Shown here piece by piece: positions 12,040-24,404 of a stretch of 64,000 bases of DNA (position 1 is the stretch's first letter; each line of letters starts with the position of its first letter). The notes below the pieces were generated by a model, which was not told the DNA's origin, made no database searches, and saw only the letters and a list, made by a program, of their open reading frames with translations. The position numbers and the translations under genes are program-made. Origin of the DNA: Rhodosorus marinus CCMP1338 (Eukaryota; Plantae; Rhodophyta); the NCBI GenBank assembly GCA_029953675.1, contig JAMWBK010000008.1, forward strand, positions 1,798,001 to 1,862,000, read 5' to 3'.

Positions 12040-13500
12040 GAGAGTGCCGCGCTTAGGAGTTGGTATTCTGTCACCATCCCGAAGAGGTTTCTCTGTGCTT
12101 TCAAGGTGCGGTCTATGAGTTGTCTGAAGAGAGTGCCGCGCTAAGGAGTTGGTGTTCCATCACCATCTTGAAAGGGGTTTCGAGTGCGTTCAAGGTGCGG
12201 ATTGAGTGTCTGAAGAGAGTGCCACCCGCTAAGGAGTTGGTATTCCATGACCATCCCGAAGAGGTTTCGAGTGTTTTCAAGGTGCGGTTTGTGAGTGTCT
12301 GAACTGAGTATCGCGCTAAGGAGTTGGTATTCTGTCACCATCCCGAAGAGGTTTCGAGTGCTTTCAAGGTGCGGTCTATGAGTTGTCTGAAGAGAGTGCC
12401 GCGCTAAGGAGTTGGTATTCTGTCACCATCCCGAAGAGGTTTCGAGTGCTTTCAAGGTGCGGTCTATGAGTGTCTGAACTGAGTGCCGCGCCGAAGGAGT
12501 TGGTGTTCCAGCACCATCTTGAAAGGGGTTCGAGTACTTTCAAGGTGCTGTTGGAGTGTCTGAAGAGAGTGCCGCGCAGTAGGAGTTGGTATTCGACCAC
12601 CATCCCGAAGAGGTTTTGAGTGCTTTCAAGGTGCGGTTTGAGTGTCTGAACTGAGTGCCGCGCCAAGGAGTTGGTGTTCCAGCACCATCTGGAAAGGGGT
12701 TCGAGTACTTCGTCAAGGTGCGGTTGGAGTGTCAGAAGGTAGTGCGTGATAGGAGTTGGTATTCGACCACCATCTTGAGGGGGTTTTCGAGTACTTTGAA
12801 AGTGAGGTTTGAGTGTGCGAGTTGGTATTCGACTTACCATCTTGAAGGGATTTGGAGTGCTTTGAAAATGGGGTTTGAGTGTGTGCTGGTGTTCGACTAG
12901 CATCTTGAGCGGGTTTCAAGTGCTTTAAACATGGTGCTGTTTGAGTGTCTGACGGCAGTGTTGATATTCGACCACCATCTTGAAGGGGTTTTCGAGTACT
13001 TTGAAAAGGGAGGTTTGAGTGTGTGCGCTAAGCAGTTGGTATTTGACTAGCACCTTTGAAGGGGTTTCGAGGACTAGGAGTTGGTATGGGGTTTCTGGGA
13101 CTTTGAAAGTGCGTTTTGAGTGTGCGCAGGAGCTAATTCGACCACCATCTTGAAAGGGTTCGAGTGCTTTGAAATTGCGGTTTGAGTGTGGGCTAGGAGT
13201 TGGTATACCGTCAGCATCTTGAAGGGGATTCGAGTGCTTTGAAAGTGAGGTTTGAGTGTGCGAGTTGGTATTCGACCACCAGCTTGAAGGGGTTTCAAGT
13301 GCTTTTAAAGGTGCGGTTTGAGTGTCGAGGGGAGCGTTAGTCAGGATTGGAATGGGTGTGTGGAAGTTTTGCTCTGTGTCCTGAAGATCTTCGTGGTTAG
13401 TCAGGCTTGGAGTGGGTTTGTAAGGTCTTGTTCCCCATGGAGAGGGGGGGTGAGGGGGGGTTCGAGCGCTTTCAAGTGCGTTTGAGTGCCGCTGTATGCT
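12040..13500. repeat. Minisatellite, ~85-88-bp unit, about 15 copies, degenerating rightwards
   Basis: AGTGCCGCGCTAAGGAGTTGGTATTC..CACCATC..GAAGAGGTTTCGAGTGCTTTCAAGGTGCGG repeats at about 12043, 12132, 12219, 12307, 12395, 12482, 12570 and 12654, with shorter decayed copies to ~13330 and traces to ~13500. Confidence 0.92.
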
Positions 13501-13530
13501 AAACGTCAGTGAGTGAATAGCGGTGGGAAG

Positions 13531-13568
13531 GGACGAACTGGGACGAACTGGGACGAACTGGGACGAAC
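13531..13568. repeat. 10-bp tandem repeat (GGACGAACTG) x3.8
   Basis: Three exact copies plus a partial fourth. Confidence 0.95.
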
Positions 13569-13569
13569 C

Positions 13570-14900
13570 ACGTGTCAATGCTCTGGTGGCTGAACAGAAG
13601 TTGTTTCATCGGCGCATGCTAGACGCATTCAACAATTTGGTGCGGGGGTGCTCGGCGAACTGCTGAGATAGTGGGCAGCAGGTCCGTGAAGTGGGGTAAT
13701 ACGTCAGAAGAGTCGCTGATCAGCGCGGAGTCGATCTTGTAGCGCTAGGTCACCCATAGCAGAGCACCCAGTCCCGTGGACTTCTAGGGCGGCGGTTCTA
13801 TCAAAGCGCCCGCGGAGTTTGTACGACCTCTGTAAGTAGTACGAGTTTGGCACCGAACACAGATAGCTGCGAGAGATTTCACGTCCAGAGAGAAGGGAGC
13901 TCAGAAATTCAGCTATCATTACCACCTCCCTTTCTGGGACCTCATCTGCAAGATGACCGGGAAAGGATATACCTATGAAACTGCTATAGAGAAAGTTTAC
14001 TCTGTCCACGGCCGCTCGACGAGCATCACAAGTATCCTAAAACATCTTAAGCAAGAGCGTAGGCTCGGATACCGGCAGTTTTTTTAGCTATCAGAATCTG
14101 TAATTAACTACAAGACAGTCCACATGAACTTAACAAAACCATATCTGCTATATCATCTCTACGAGAAGGCCAGTACTGGGCTCCTTAGGTTCGCCACGCA
14201 GCGGGGAGGGTTCGCATCCTCTTCAGCGTGCGAAACGCTACTTGATTGCCAACTCCAGAGATATCGTTCAAGTCCGACGGTCAGCAGCGATATCTACTAG
14301 GAGATCTCCACTGAAGCTGTAGGCGGAATTGGTACGGAAGAACGACCAGAATGGACTGGTTTTCCGGCGTCTCGTGCGCTGAGACGTTTGGCAGAAGAGA
14401 GAAAAGAACAAATTCTTCTCCTAGGTTGGCCCCCTAAATATCACCTTGGGGACCGTTTCTCTCGACTAGTGAATCACTGTCCTAGCGCATCGGCACGTAC
14501 TCACTGGACATCGAGGCAGCAGGAAGGACGATGTTGGAGGTCTTCTGTGCCCGTTGCCAATAGCTTCAACAGTTCCAAGATGCTACACAATCCAACCCAC
14601 GCGGTGCCCACCATGGGCCGCCCGGCAGCTCCAAATGCTGTTCAATGGATCTCTGATGAAATAATTCGGAGAGGAACAGTCTACCTAAAACATGCACCTA
14701 CGGTAAAAATGGACAAAACGAAACGTCTCCCCCATCGTTTCACCTCCGGCCCAATCCACCAATGCGCAGGGGAAAATCTGCCGCCGTCGTCGAGGACTGA
14801 ATGTATCGCAGTCCGAAAACCTCACATACCGAGTACGATCCATATCAAAGATAGCCTACCCACAGCCTCCTCCCAGCCACAATCAAGTTCACTCTAGGGT
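13570..14900 (-). mobile_element. Degenerate non-LTR retrotransposon relic (CRE-like C-terminal part)
   Basis: Minus-strand FPLRIGGLG at 14749-14778 matches the LPxxxGGLG motif after the RT of non-LTR elements. Downstream FIGISFPGHLADEV...NSYYLQRS resembles the REL C-terminus. Many stops and frameshifts. Confidence 0.4.
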
Positions 14901-15100
14901 ACCAACGATCCAATGTGACCCGCAACTATTGCTATGAGTTTCTGTCTCTTTTTTCACCTACCTTGTAAAAAAAACATCAATCCTAGTTTATCATAATACC
15001 AAATAATCCAAGGATATCTAAATGTCATAAAACCTCTATCTTTCCCCCCCCCTATTAGTTCACCAAAGATTTGCACCGGGACAACGGCTCGAGCGATTTC

Positions 15101-15184
15101 CAATCAATATATCAATCCAAATATGTCATTTTCTTCACAGTTCAGGGACGTCCCGTTACTGTATTTTGATTGATATATTGATTG
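15101..15184. repeat. Short inverted repeat (17-bp perfect arms) enclosing the palindrome GGGACGTCCC
   Basis: CAATCAATATATCAATC (15101-15117) is the reverse complement of GATTGATATATTGATTG (15168-15184). Pairing extends 7 bp inward with 2 mismatches. Confidence 0.85.
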
Positions 15185-15937
15185 AGAATAGACTCACGTT
15201 TCTAAGGTCACATTCATATTCAGTCTTTTGTAGTAATTTGTATTTAAAAACTAATTTTAAATATGTATTGTTTAAATTATTTATGTAGATTGAATTTTTA
15301 GGTGACGCTTGGTTTATTTTATGAATGTTGTGGTAGGGAGCTTAGGATATGTAGATCGCCGCAACTGGGTGACCGTACTCTCTGGAGAAGGGGTGGCACT
15401 GTGAGGAAGTCTTTTTCGAGCCTTTCTAGCCTTGCGCTTGATTGAGCATAGGATACGCTTCACGGATACGAAACAAAGCTCAGCATGGTATCATCGATTT
15501 TATTTGCCGGTTCTATGATGACCCCTCCCCCCGCCCGCTCTGAACGCCCACAGGCGGGCACAGGTGGCACTCGAAACGGTTCTGTTGATCGGAGGGTGCA
15601 GCTCTGTTTTTTTTTACCTTTTGTGATTTCCTCCACTCTCATTGCTTTCGAAGACCATTGGATGATTCTGTAACACACCCAGAAAAAAAGCAGCTGAAAA
15701 TCTAGTTTTCAGGCGTGGAGCTTACTCGGTATCCACAAATCCTCCCTAGGCATCGACTAACGGATTTCTGATCTCTATCGTGAACTCGTGGCTGACAACG
15801 ACAATGGAAGTTGATATAAGAAGGCAAACGCATTGGGTCTGGTGGGTACGGATCTGTGAAGGAGGAGGGTAGAGTGGATCAATTAGATCAGTACAAAGTC
15901 GATTTTGAAGAAAAGGGGATCTAGTGATTCTTTCAGG

Positions 15938-16852
15938 ATGGCATTTATTCAGACCAGTGCGTTTGGTATTCAAGGGCGGGGAGCTGCGGTTCGCTGTTCA
16001 GGGAGGAGCCATGTGAAGATGTCGCTGGACGTGGATTCTGTCAGCCAGAGTTTCACCCATCTGGCCAATCCAGTTGTTATTCAGAAAGTTGCGGACTATG
16101 TTGATACTCTGGGTACGGTGATGACTAGTGTGCTGGTTGATCTTCCTGGGTTTTGAGAGTTGCGGCTCTGACGTTGGGAATGGATTGTGCTTTCGTATAG
16201 GTCTTCCGCCGTTTGTTATCAAATGGGGCCATCCGGCTATGATGGGCTTCATGGTGGCAGGTATGGGAATGCCTGGGGCCGCGTTCGGATGGGCCGGTCG
16301 TCTTGGCAAAGGCAAGGATTCCGTGAAAATGAAGAACCTCCATGAGCAGGTTATGATTGCTTTCTGGCTGTTGGCGTTTGCTGGGTAAGAAAACCTGGTT
16401 CTAGATTACAAGAACAGACAGAAACAACTTCTTCTAGATCTCGTACTGATATCCACTTTCCCAAACTCGGTTTCAACAAACAGAGCTCTTGGCGGATCCC
16501 TGAGCCTCGCCGAGCAAGGTTATGAGATATGGACACTCCAAGATCCACATTTTGTCAGTACACTCGCTGTCCTCGGCCTTCTCACCTTCAACGCAGTATA
16601 CGCCTACTCCGGTTTCGGAGGTACCACTCCTCAAGAAAGGCTTAAGGGTCGTACAGTGCACGCCTACGTTGGAGCAGTAAGCAGTCCAAGACCGCCAAAA
16701 GACATAGTATTCCACAGAACAGAAAACCTCGGCTTTTTCGTTATTCTGAACACCAACAACACAAACTCTCTCTTCCCCCCAAAAACCAGTTAACGATGGG
16801 AGTATTCGTCGTTCACGGTGTACTAGGCTTCATGGGTGGTATGGCCCTTTAA
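15938..16852 (+). CDS. DUF4079-family plastid membrane protein (cytochrome b561-like), 4 exons
   Basis: MAFIQTSAFG transit-like start. Spliced product contains KWGHPAMMG, KNLHEQVM, QDPHFVST, GRTVHAYVG and VVHGVLG, the His pattern of the plant/cyanobacterial DUF4079 family. Three GT-AG introns, TAA at 16852. Confidence 0.8.
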
Positions 16853-17277
16853 AACGGTGAAGGCCCTACCCCCAATACCAGAAGACCCTATTGATGATCC
16901 AGAGTAGCACTAGAAGGCTTAACAATAAAGACTAGAAACATTTCCCTTTGCCAAGGATAAGCCAATACAACTTCGCCGCTGCGGATACCGATGTTTCGGT
17001 TAAGACTCTTCGGTTCGTGAATATGACGCACCCAGCGTTGAGGATCGATCGGCAGTCAGTCATTGAATAACGCACAACCCGAACCAACCCCCCCCCCCGC
17101 AGTGCTTGAGGATCGATAGGCACGGTGTCATTGAAGAGAGCCACTCTGTGATGACGGACGGTGCTCAACGAACTTGGTAGCTTCGTCTGCACACAGCCAC
17201 GCAATCGCTTTCGCTGGAGTGCTTCTTTGTTGACCGAGAACGAGCACTTCGATTTGATCGCTCCGCTCTATTGCGCT

Positions 17278-19515
17278 CTAGTTCTCCGGCTGCTGCGCTT
17301 CGTAGAATAGTATATGCGCTTCCGTTAGAGTAACCAATTGTGGGAGGGTTTCCTTCACGTTGAGATCCTGTATCGCTCGGAGGAAGGGAGTTACCTTGTT
17401 CAGCATAAGGTCATCCCTTGCATTGGGAGGTTGACGTTTGCTTCTCCTCGTCGATACCTGAATTTGAAACCATTTACCAGTAGGCGGATGCTTGATATTG
17501 ACCTGGTAACTTCCGGCTTTCGGTTCACCTTCGTGAGTAACGGCAGCGACGAGGTCGTACTTTGTGATCTGCTGACTCGCGACAGAGTGCGGAACAAAGT
17601 CCTTCAGCTCTAAATTCGTGGCCGGAAACTGGACGATTGTCGGGTTCTTCTCCTCAAAAAAGTTGTTTCTGTAGAATGTCGTGTTCACGATTTAGGTCTT
17701 CGGTCCCAGCTGTTGGGGCAGTTGTCCGCGGGCGAGCATTCCGTCTGGCTGCCTAGTACGTACCTAGTGAATCTCTTTATGTGCAAGATCAAGTACTGAG
17801 GTAGCTTTTCAATACGGTAAACGCGTCTTTCCCCCGTCTTTACCATATGGTGTTCCTGCACGCCATCAAATTTGGACAAGAGCGTATGCAGAGGCACCTA
17901 GCCGACGTAACCCACCCCGCAGACTCGTTAGTACACCTCCATCTTTTCATTGCATACAAGAGTGATTGCCTCACCTGAGGAATCAGTTTCCTGTCCATCG
18001 AGTCCTTGAAAAGTGGCCGCGAAGGCAAATCAAGTGACAGAAAAAAGTATGGAACGAGTTTTCTCTTCCGCTTGATCGACTTGCGAGCTCCTTGATCACC
18101 GCTTCCCTTCTCCACTTGATCCTTCTCTGTTATCATCTGAATCATTCCGCGGAAGATTCTGGATATCTCCGAATCTACACAGAAATTGCGAATCGCCGAG
18201 AAGGCAAGTATCCATTTCAGACAAGAAAGCGCAAATAAAAAAATCAAACCACACCACTTCTTTCATGCAAAGCCTCTCACCTCCCTTCTCTCCAAGATCT
18301 CCATGAAGCGTATTCAATACGAACGCTATGAACTCTACTGGATCTCCCTAACCCAAAGTATAGAGAGAAAACCAGTTAATGGCCTATCCGGAGGGGACGA
18401 CAAGTCCCAGGTAAGTCCCAGACGAAGCGTCGAAGTCTAAAGACTCAAGTAGTCCTCGCTAGAGCTGGAAACCGCGCTGGAGTTTTTTCCTAGTGAGGAT
18501 GATATCTGTACACACTGGACTCTGTCCAGCGACAATGACTTCCTTCCAGACTCGACTTCTTTCCCTGTCGGCGGGTCTCTCTCTCTCTCTCTCTCTCTCT
18601 CCCTCTCTGCTGACGCATCCTGAGCTTGGGCTATATCACTTTACCTGTTCAAGAATCTTAAACTGTTTATTGGATCTGTTGACGACCTCCTGCATGAACT
18701 CATGAGGAGATACGTGCGACCTGAAAGCGCGCGAGTTGTAGACCTTCCTGACCAGTTCCCCGAGCCGTTTCATTAGTGCTGACTTTGCTTGGGGACCTCT
18801 TGTATAGAGAAGACAAAAGTTCCTGAACGGTGTCTGTTGAAGTTGGAAGGGAGGATCGATCAGATAGATGGCTGTATTGTTTTTGAGTGGAGAGTTTTGG
18901 TGTTGGAAAGAGACTTACGATAACGAAGAGCGATTGCAAGACAGCATTTGCATAATCCGTAGCGTGAAGATTGTTCATTCCCACAAGGCCTTGGTAATGC
19001 ATTGTGCCGTTTAGAACTCTGAACCGAGTGGGGTTGTCGTTTAGTGAGGCGACTTGATCTGGGCTAAGCTGTGGATTGATGGCATGTTTGATATCGTCGA
19101 GCGTTGAATCGACGATTTCGTAGCCGTCAGGGACGCAGTAGACTTTCTCGGTATCGAGGTTGATGAAGACGTGGTGGCTCTGGTCTAGTGAGTGGAAGTA
19201 GACGTGCGAGTTTCTCCCTCGACCTTGCAAGTACTTGCCACAAACCAGGCACGCATAGACGTTTAGATTCTCCAGTGACACAGAACAGACTTTTTCAAAG
19301 TCAAAGTCCAGCATCGATCGATTCACCGTGTCCATGTACGGACAATCCACCCCAGCCCGCTGACCCCTCGAAGCTCTCATTCCATCCGAAATAACAACAG
19401 AGATCATCTCCGATGGGTTCTCATCCTCACCATCACCCTCAAATCTAGCCCGTTTCTTAGGAGGCGATCTAGTCTCCTCCTGCTCACCGCCACCTACAGC
19501 CTCCTCCTCAACCAT
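17278..19515 (-). CDS. USP39: U4/U6.U5 tri-snRNP protein USP39/Sad1 (ZnF-UBP plus inactive USP domain), multi-exon
   Basis: CPYMDTVNRSMLDFDFEKVCSVSLENLNVYACLVCGKYLQGRG, TDYANAVLQ (Asp at the catalytic Cys position), SPHEFMQ, GDPVEF, PFKDS..LIPQV and LPQYLILHIKRF. One intron of ~300 bp (18344-18644). Confidence 0.95.
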
Positions 19516-21526
19516 CTTTACTCCTAAATCTATTGATACAATCGTTCACTCATTGAGGCCAAAGCGTTCCTTCACTCCAACTTTCAGTCCTCCGAGATCT
19601 TACTCCTCATACGAAAGCGATTCCACTTCCGAAAGCTAACAGATTCGACCCAAAGCTCGTCCTCACTTTCGTTAGAACAAAGCTCTTCGGAACTTAATCA
19701 CCTCGAAGACTTGTTCAAGCGATTCTATAAAGCCCCTATCGTAGGTCTTGAACTTGACTCAATAGCGTCCCTAATCTCAATGTCTTCTTCGTCAGTTTCT
19801 ATATGCCAAACTTGTCTTCCTCAGTACACAAACGAGTCGAGTTATGGATCTTGTGAACGGGTCGTCTGGACGGAGGCGATCAGCGTATATTCTCATTGGG
19901 CTATGATAAGAGCTCTGTGAGTTTGTCCCTTTGAATACTGCTGGTCTCTTCCGTTCTGTTGGCATACGACGATCAAATCGTGGTCGCTTTTAAGGTTCAA
20001 AGGTTGATCGAGAAGTTCAGTTGAGAAGATCACGGATTCGATGCACCTCTTGTTAGGAGAGACCTACACCTACGGCTTGAGAAGCTTGTCTTACTCATGA
20101 CGTAACAGAGTCGATTTGTTGATTGTCAGAACGGATCGTCCCGCGGAAGTTTTGACTGCTCTCTGATGAGAACTCGGTAAGGTTGTCCGTTTTGAGACTG
20201 CTGGTCTCGCCCATGACATAGAATGAAAGAACTTGTTGTGCTGCGCGTGTGAAGATCAAATCGTTTGTCCCAGCAGCTTTTGAGTTTTGCTTAACCAGCT
20301 TCGCTGAAAAGAGTTGCGGATTCTCGTTGAATCTCTAGTTCGGGAAGCTACGGGGGTGCCTCATATCAGCGAGGACGGCTGGGCCATGGACTTTGGAAAG
20401 GTTTCAGGGAGGTATGCGATTGCCCTTCTATTTTTTTTTACGACAAGCGTTTGGAACACCGCCTTATCCGCTCCGAGGGTGACATCGGAGCGGATAGCGG
20501 TGGGGCACCACTGCGGTTTGTGATCAATATCCCAACCGCTGAGTCGCGGGTTTGATTCATACGTGCAAAGGAACGTTGGACCAAGGTAATACCTACTAAT
20601 GCCTGTTTTCGTAGAGTTCATGAGCTCGATGTAGCCTCTGCGGCATGTGACCCTCAACAACCCAACTTGAACCCTAACTCAAGGGACATGCGCTCGCTAA
20701 GAAACTGGATCGCTGGCCACTCAGATCCTTACCTCAACCTCGAATCGTTTCTAATGGTTCCATTCATAGTAAGAATCTTTCAGTGAGACACGCGATCACC
20801 ATCGTCACACGGGCTGAGACGAACCGGTCATCCTATAGCGGTGGGCTTGAAGCCAATCCTAACAAACTCTAAATTAACGGTGTCACAATCTAGATTTATA
20901 GCTAAATACAATTTCGAAATATAATATCAGAAACTAGTAATCCTAATTTTCGTCACTAAACGTTCTTAAAATTCCTTTTTATTTCTCGCGCTTATCCCAG
21001 CTTCTGACAGTATAAAAAACAAGACTATTTACTAAGGAAGCTCGCGATAGTGGCTTTCCCTCGAACACTATAAGAGAGAGAGAGGGGGGTTGGGCTGAAG
21101 AAGAAAGCAAAGAGCAACGGAAACAGCGCCAACCGCATCTGTGGGCTGGCTTGTCTGCTAGAGACTGATGAACGACCAACCCCGAGATCAACTGGACTCC
21201 TTTCTTTCTTCTAGCCCTCCGCACGCCCAACCTGTCTCAAAACCAGAGTTCCGTCTGTTGTTGAAATTTTTGTTTTTTGTTTTGGTTCTCGGTTTTCCTG
21301 AACTCGTGATGTTGAAAGTGAGGACGGGTCTTAGGCAAAGTTCTCATCGTCGTGATACTTCAGCATCGATTCTATACACATTGTCGACCTGCAGTGACCT
21401 CTCTCTCCTGCAAACGGGTCAGACAGGAGCTCAGTTGCGTATCGCGGTACTATTCCCTCAGGTATTTGCTTATTCCAGCTGCTTGAGGAGCGATGACTCC
21501 ACCGTGGAATACAAGCATCACGAAAA

Positions 21527-21961
21527 TTAGTGGTCATACGCTGCCTGAGAGCTCGAACTTGCACGCGGTTGACTACCTTTGAGCTTATCCCTGTTTATCT
21601 TCAGCATCGTGTTTCTCTCAGTGAGCTCGTTGACAAATTCGATGAGATACGCATTTCTTTCTTCAAGCCTCTTCATTTCCGCTTTCTTAAGCAGCCGACT
21701 CTTTTTCGCAGATTCTCGATTTCGATTGAGTCGAGCCTGGCGAGTGCTAATAACTTTACCACTGGAGGAAGGCGCACTAATTGGCCTCTCGCTGCCATTT
21801 CGTTCGATTCTAGTCATCATCTCGTCTAACATAAGCGTCTTTGGTGAGCATTCTAAACGTTTCCCTTCTCCCCCGGCGCTCGAACTTCCCCTCTCCGGAG
21901 TCACAATTGAAGCCTCCTTCTTCTCTGGACTCATATGCAGCATCACCGCAGCACTCGTCAT
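21527..21961 (-). CDS. bZIP transcription factor
   Basis: RQARLNRNRESAKKSRLLKKAEMKRLEERNAYLIEFVNELTERNTML has the N-x7-R basic motif plus a zipper. Start uncertain (ATG 21961, 21943 or 21934). Confidence 0.8.
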   Translation of the reverse strand: MTSAAVMLHMSPEKKEASIVTPERGSSSAGGEGKRLECSPKTLMLDEMMTRIERNGSERPISAPSSSGKVISTRQARLNRNRESAKKSRLLKKAEMKRLEERNAYLIEFVNELTERNTMLKINRDKLKGSQPRASSSSQAAYDH

Positions 21962-24404
21962 CGCACCTGCCAGAAGAATAAAATGGAGAACGTAGAAATT
22001 CCAAACCGTTGAGAAGCTATTGACTACTCTCTTTCGGCTAACATCGAAGGGAATTGAGGAAAAGCAAGGAACAAGAAGAAGACACAGTGACAGAGCTATA
22101 CGGTTGGCTTCATTACCATAAAAATCCATATCACTCATTCCCCGATGTCCCAACCACAACTCTCCGTCTCCTAGTCCAGTATCACCAACGTCTTCTTCCA
22201 TTACATGAACCTCCCCGATTGTCACACCTTGCATTCTTCCAGGCCCTCCTAGAACCTCCGTCCTCCTCCCACCAAACCAACAGCCAACCAAGTCTCTTCC
22301 AATCCTCTCCCCCAAAACCTCACGGGCCACAACCTATGGTGATATCCTCGTTAGCAACCCGATATCAATCACCATAGACGCTTCCGTCAACCACCTTCCC
22401 CCTCATCCTCCCCAAGCCCCACCCTCATAACCTCGCTTCTATCCCCTCCTAATATCTACATTCCCTCTCCTACCCCAACTTCCCTCCCACTATCTTAAAC
22501 CTCTCCCAGTCCAACCCAACCCCCCCTCCCCGAACTCTCCCCCACAAAACTATCTCAAACCTCTCCCAAACCTTCACCTTCCTTCCCCCCCCCGGACAAA
22601 CTCGTACATGTTCACGCGGGTATGTTGAACATTCACACCGAAATATAATTTCACTACAACAATCTACCTGCACATGAATTTAACTGTCATATTCTTATTC
22701 AATCTAAATAAACCGATGTTCCTGAATAAATTTAAAATAAAACAAGATATATTTCAGTCAAAACAGTAATAGACTGAATAAATATTTGACAGTTAAAAGA
22801 AAACTTGGAATCTTACGAATTGGCTCAGGAGGCCAGGGGACGCAGAAAGAAAATTTATGAGATCGCTTGGAGTTACATAACTTATTCCAAAAAATACGAA
22901 CAGAAGAATGGCTTGAGGACCTCCTTCAATTCTGAATTAAAAATATGATTTATACATAACTTTTGGGTGAGCTCCTTTTTTCTTTGTTTTTGGAGGGGGT
23001 TGTTTCTAGTTTTCAAGCGCATCCTCCGGTAATGGTGGTGTACTTATTCCCCTACCCCCCCTTCAGAATCCGCATATCTTTGATTTTGATGCATTTTGGA
23101 GGATATCTGTCGCATCCTTTACTCATCAATCCCCCCCCCCTTTTCTTTTACGGTTGCTCACGGCTTTTAGCCCACCACCCTATTTTTTTCGTAAAATACG
23201 GACGTATTTCCTTTTCTGAAAAATTAATAACCCCTGATAAAAATAATAGCATTACTCGGTCAAACCGTTTTCTTTTGTTTGTTTCATCAGGCTTCTTTAT
23301 TGTGAAATAGATAGTTGATTGAGCTAGATAGAATAGGGGTTTTTTGGTTCCACGTTTATCGAATATCGAAAATTATTAAAGCTATTATCAATGTACGAAA
23401 CATTTTTTATGGGGTAGTTAATGGGTAGTAAAAAAGCAAAACAAGTAGAACCTTCAAACTGCCCAGAAGCAAAGGAGAAGAAGAAAGAAGGAACCCCCAG
23501 TTCACACACACACATCCGACAGGGAGGGGGGGGGGAGGGGGAGGGGAAATTGACGAACGCCGGGTTGCACTTGTTTTTATTAGCAAGTGATTCCTAAGAC
23601 TTGATTGGTGGACTCAGCAGACACTTCGAGAGAGATTTTCCAACCAGCAGTTTTCCTTGGAAAAAAATATTCGTTTTTTTCCCCCCAGAAGATGATAGGA
23701 TGAGAACGAGGAGAAGGAAAAGATAGAGACGTTTTGTTGGGGGTGGTGGTGGGGGTGTGGGGTGTGGGTAGTGTTCGTTTTTGAAAATAAATTACAACGA
23801 AAAATCTGATTATCTCATAAAATCCAAAAAAACATAGGCTCAAGGATCCATTTTGATTTTTCACGTTGTTTTTTCGGAGATTTCCAAATTCGGTGGAGAC
23901 CGGAAAGGTGAGCGGGAGGGTAGAGGGGGTGAGAGGTTCGGCGAGAATGGGTGAGGAGAGGATGAGAGGGGAGGGGAGGGGGGAGGAGGGAGGTGGTGGT
24001 AAAAAGTAGGCTTGCCTTCCAAAACCAAAAAGGAACGAGCGTATAACACGTGTCCCATTTTTGGATGCTATTCAGCGACTACTTTCTTGAAGTATATACG
24101 CCGGGGAGGGTTGAAAATTAATTTAAAAAGAGAGGGTAGAAAATTGGGTGAGCAAATTGACTAGGGAGTTTCGATACAGCAGAGAATTCAGTAATTATAG
24201 TTATTTTTGGTGGGTTTTTTTGGATGAGGTTTGTTGGTTTTGGTGGTGCGGGAAATGTGGGGGATTAGTATTCTCATCAAGAGCTGATGCGTGGGTGAGC
24301 GAAGCTCGCCAGGGGGGAAGAAGGTGGAGGGGGGTTTTTTTTTTTTTTTGGAGATCCTTTTGGCTTTTTTTGGTTGGGGTTGATCTTTTGTCTTGTTTGG
24401 GTAC

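Noticed and set aside
12376-12903. Repeat-encoded peptide resembling kinase subdomain IV-V (STRNLFGMVTEY)
   Set aside because: Unit lengths of 85-88 bp break the frame, and there is no DNA similarity to the adjacent kinase. Likely coincidence.
12040-13330. CRISPR-like appearance of regular repeats
   Set aside because: Whole units repeat with no unique spacers, there are no cas genes, and the context is eukaryotic.
17035-17140. ~30-bp imperfect duplication (GAGGATCGAT..GTCATTGAA) around a poly-C run
   Set aside because: Too short and isolated to interpret.
18940-18975. USP39 lacks the catalytic cysteine
   Set aside because: Established property of the USP39/Sad1 family, not novel.
20361-20660. 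ORF with WDIDHKP, HNH-like
   Set aside because: No downstream Asn/His or Cys pairs of an HNH motif and no gene model. A single short motif is insufficient.
21331-21564. Alternative-frame ORF that could extend the bZIP zipper if one A were removed
   Set aside because: Cannot distinguish a homopolymer error from chance without reads, and the existing frame ends normally.
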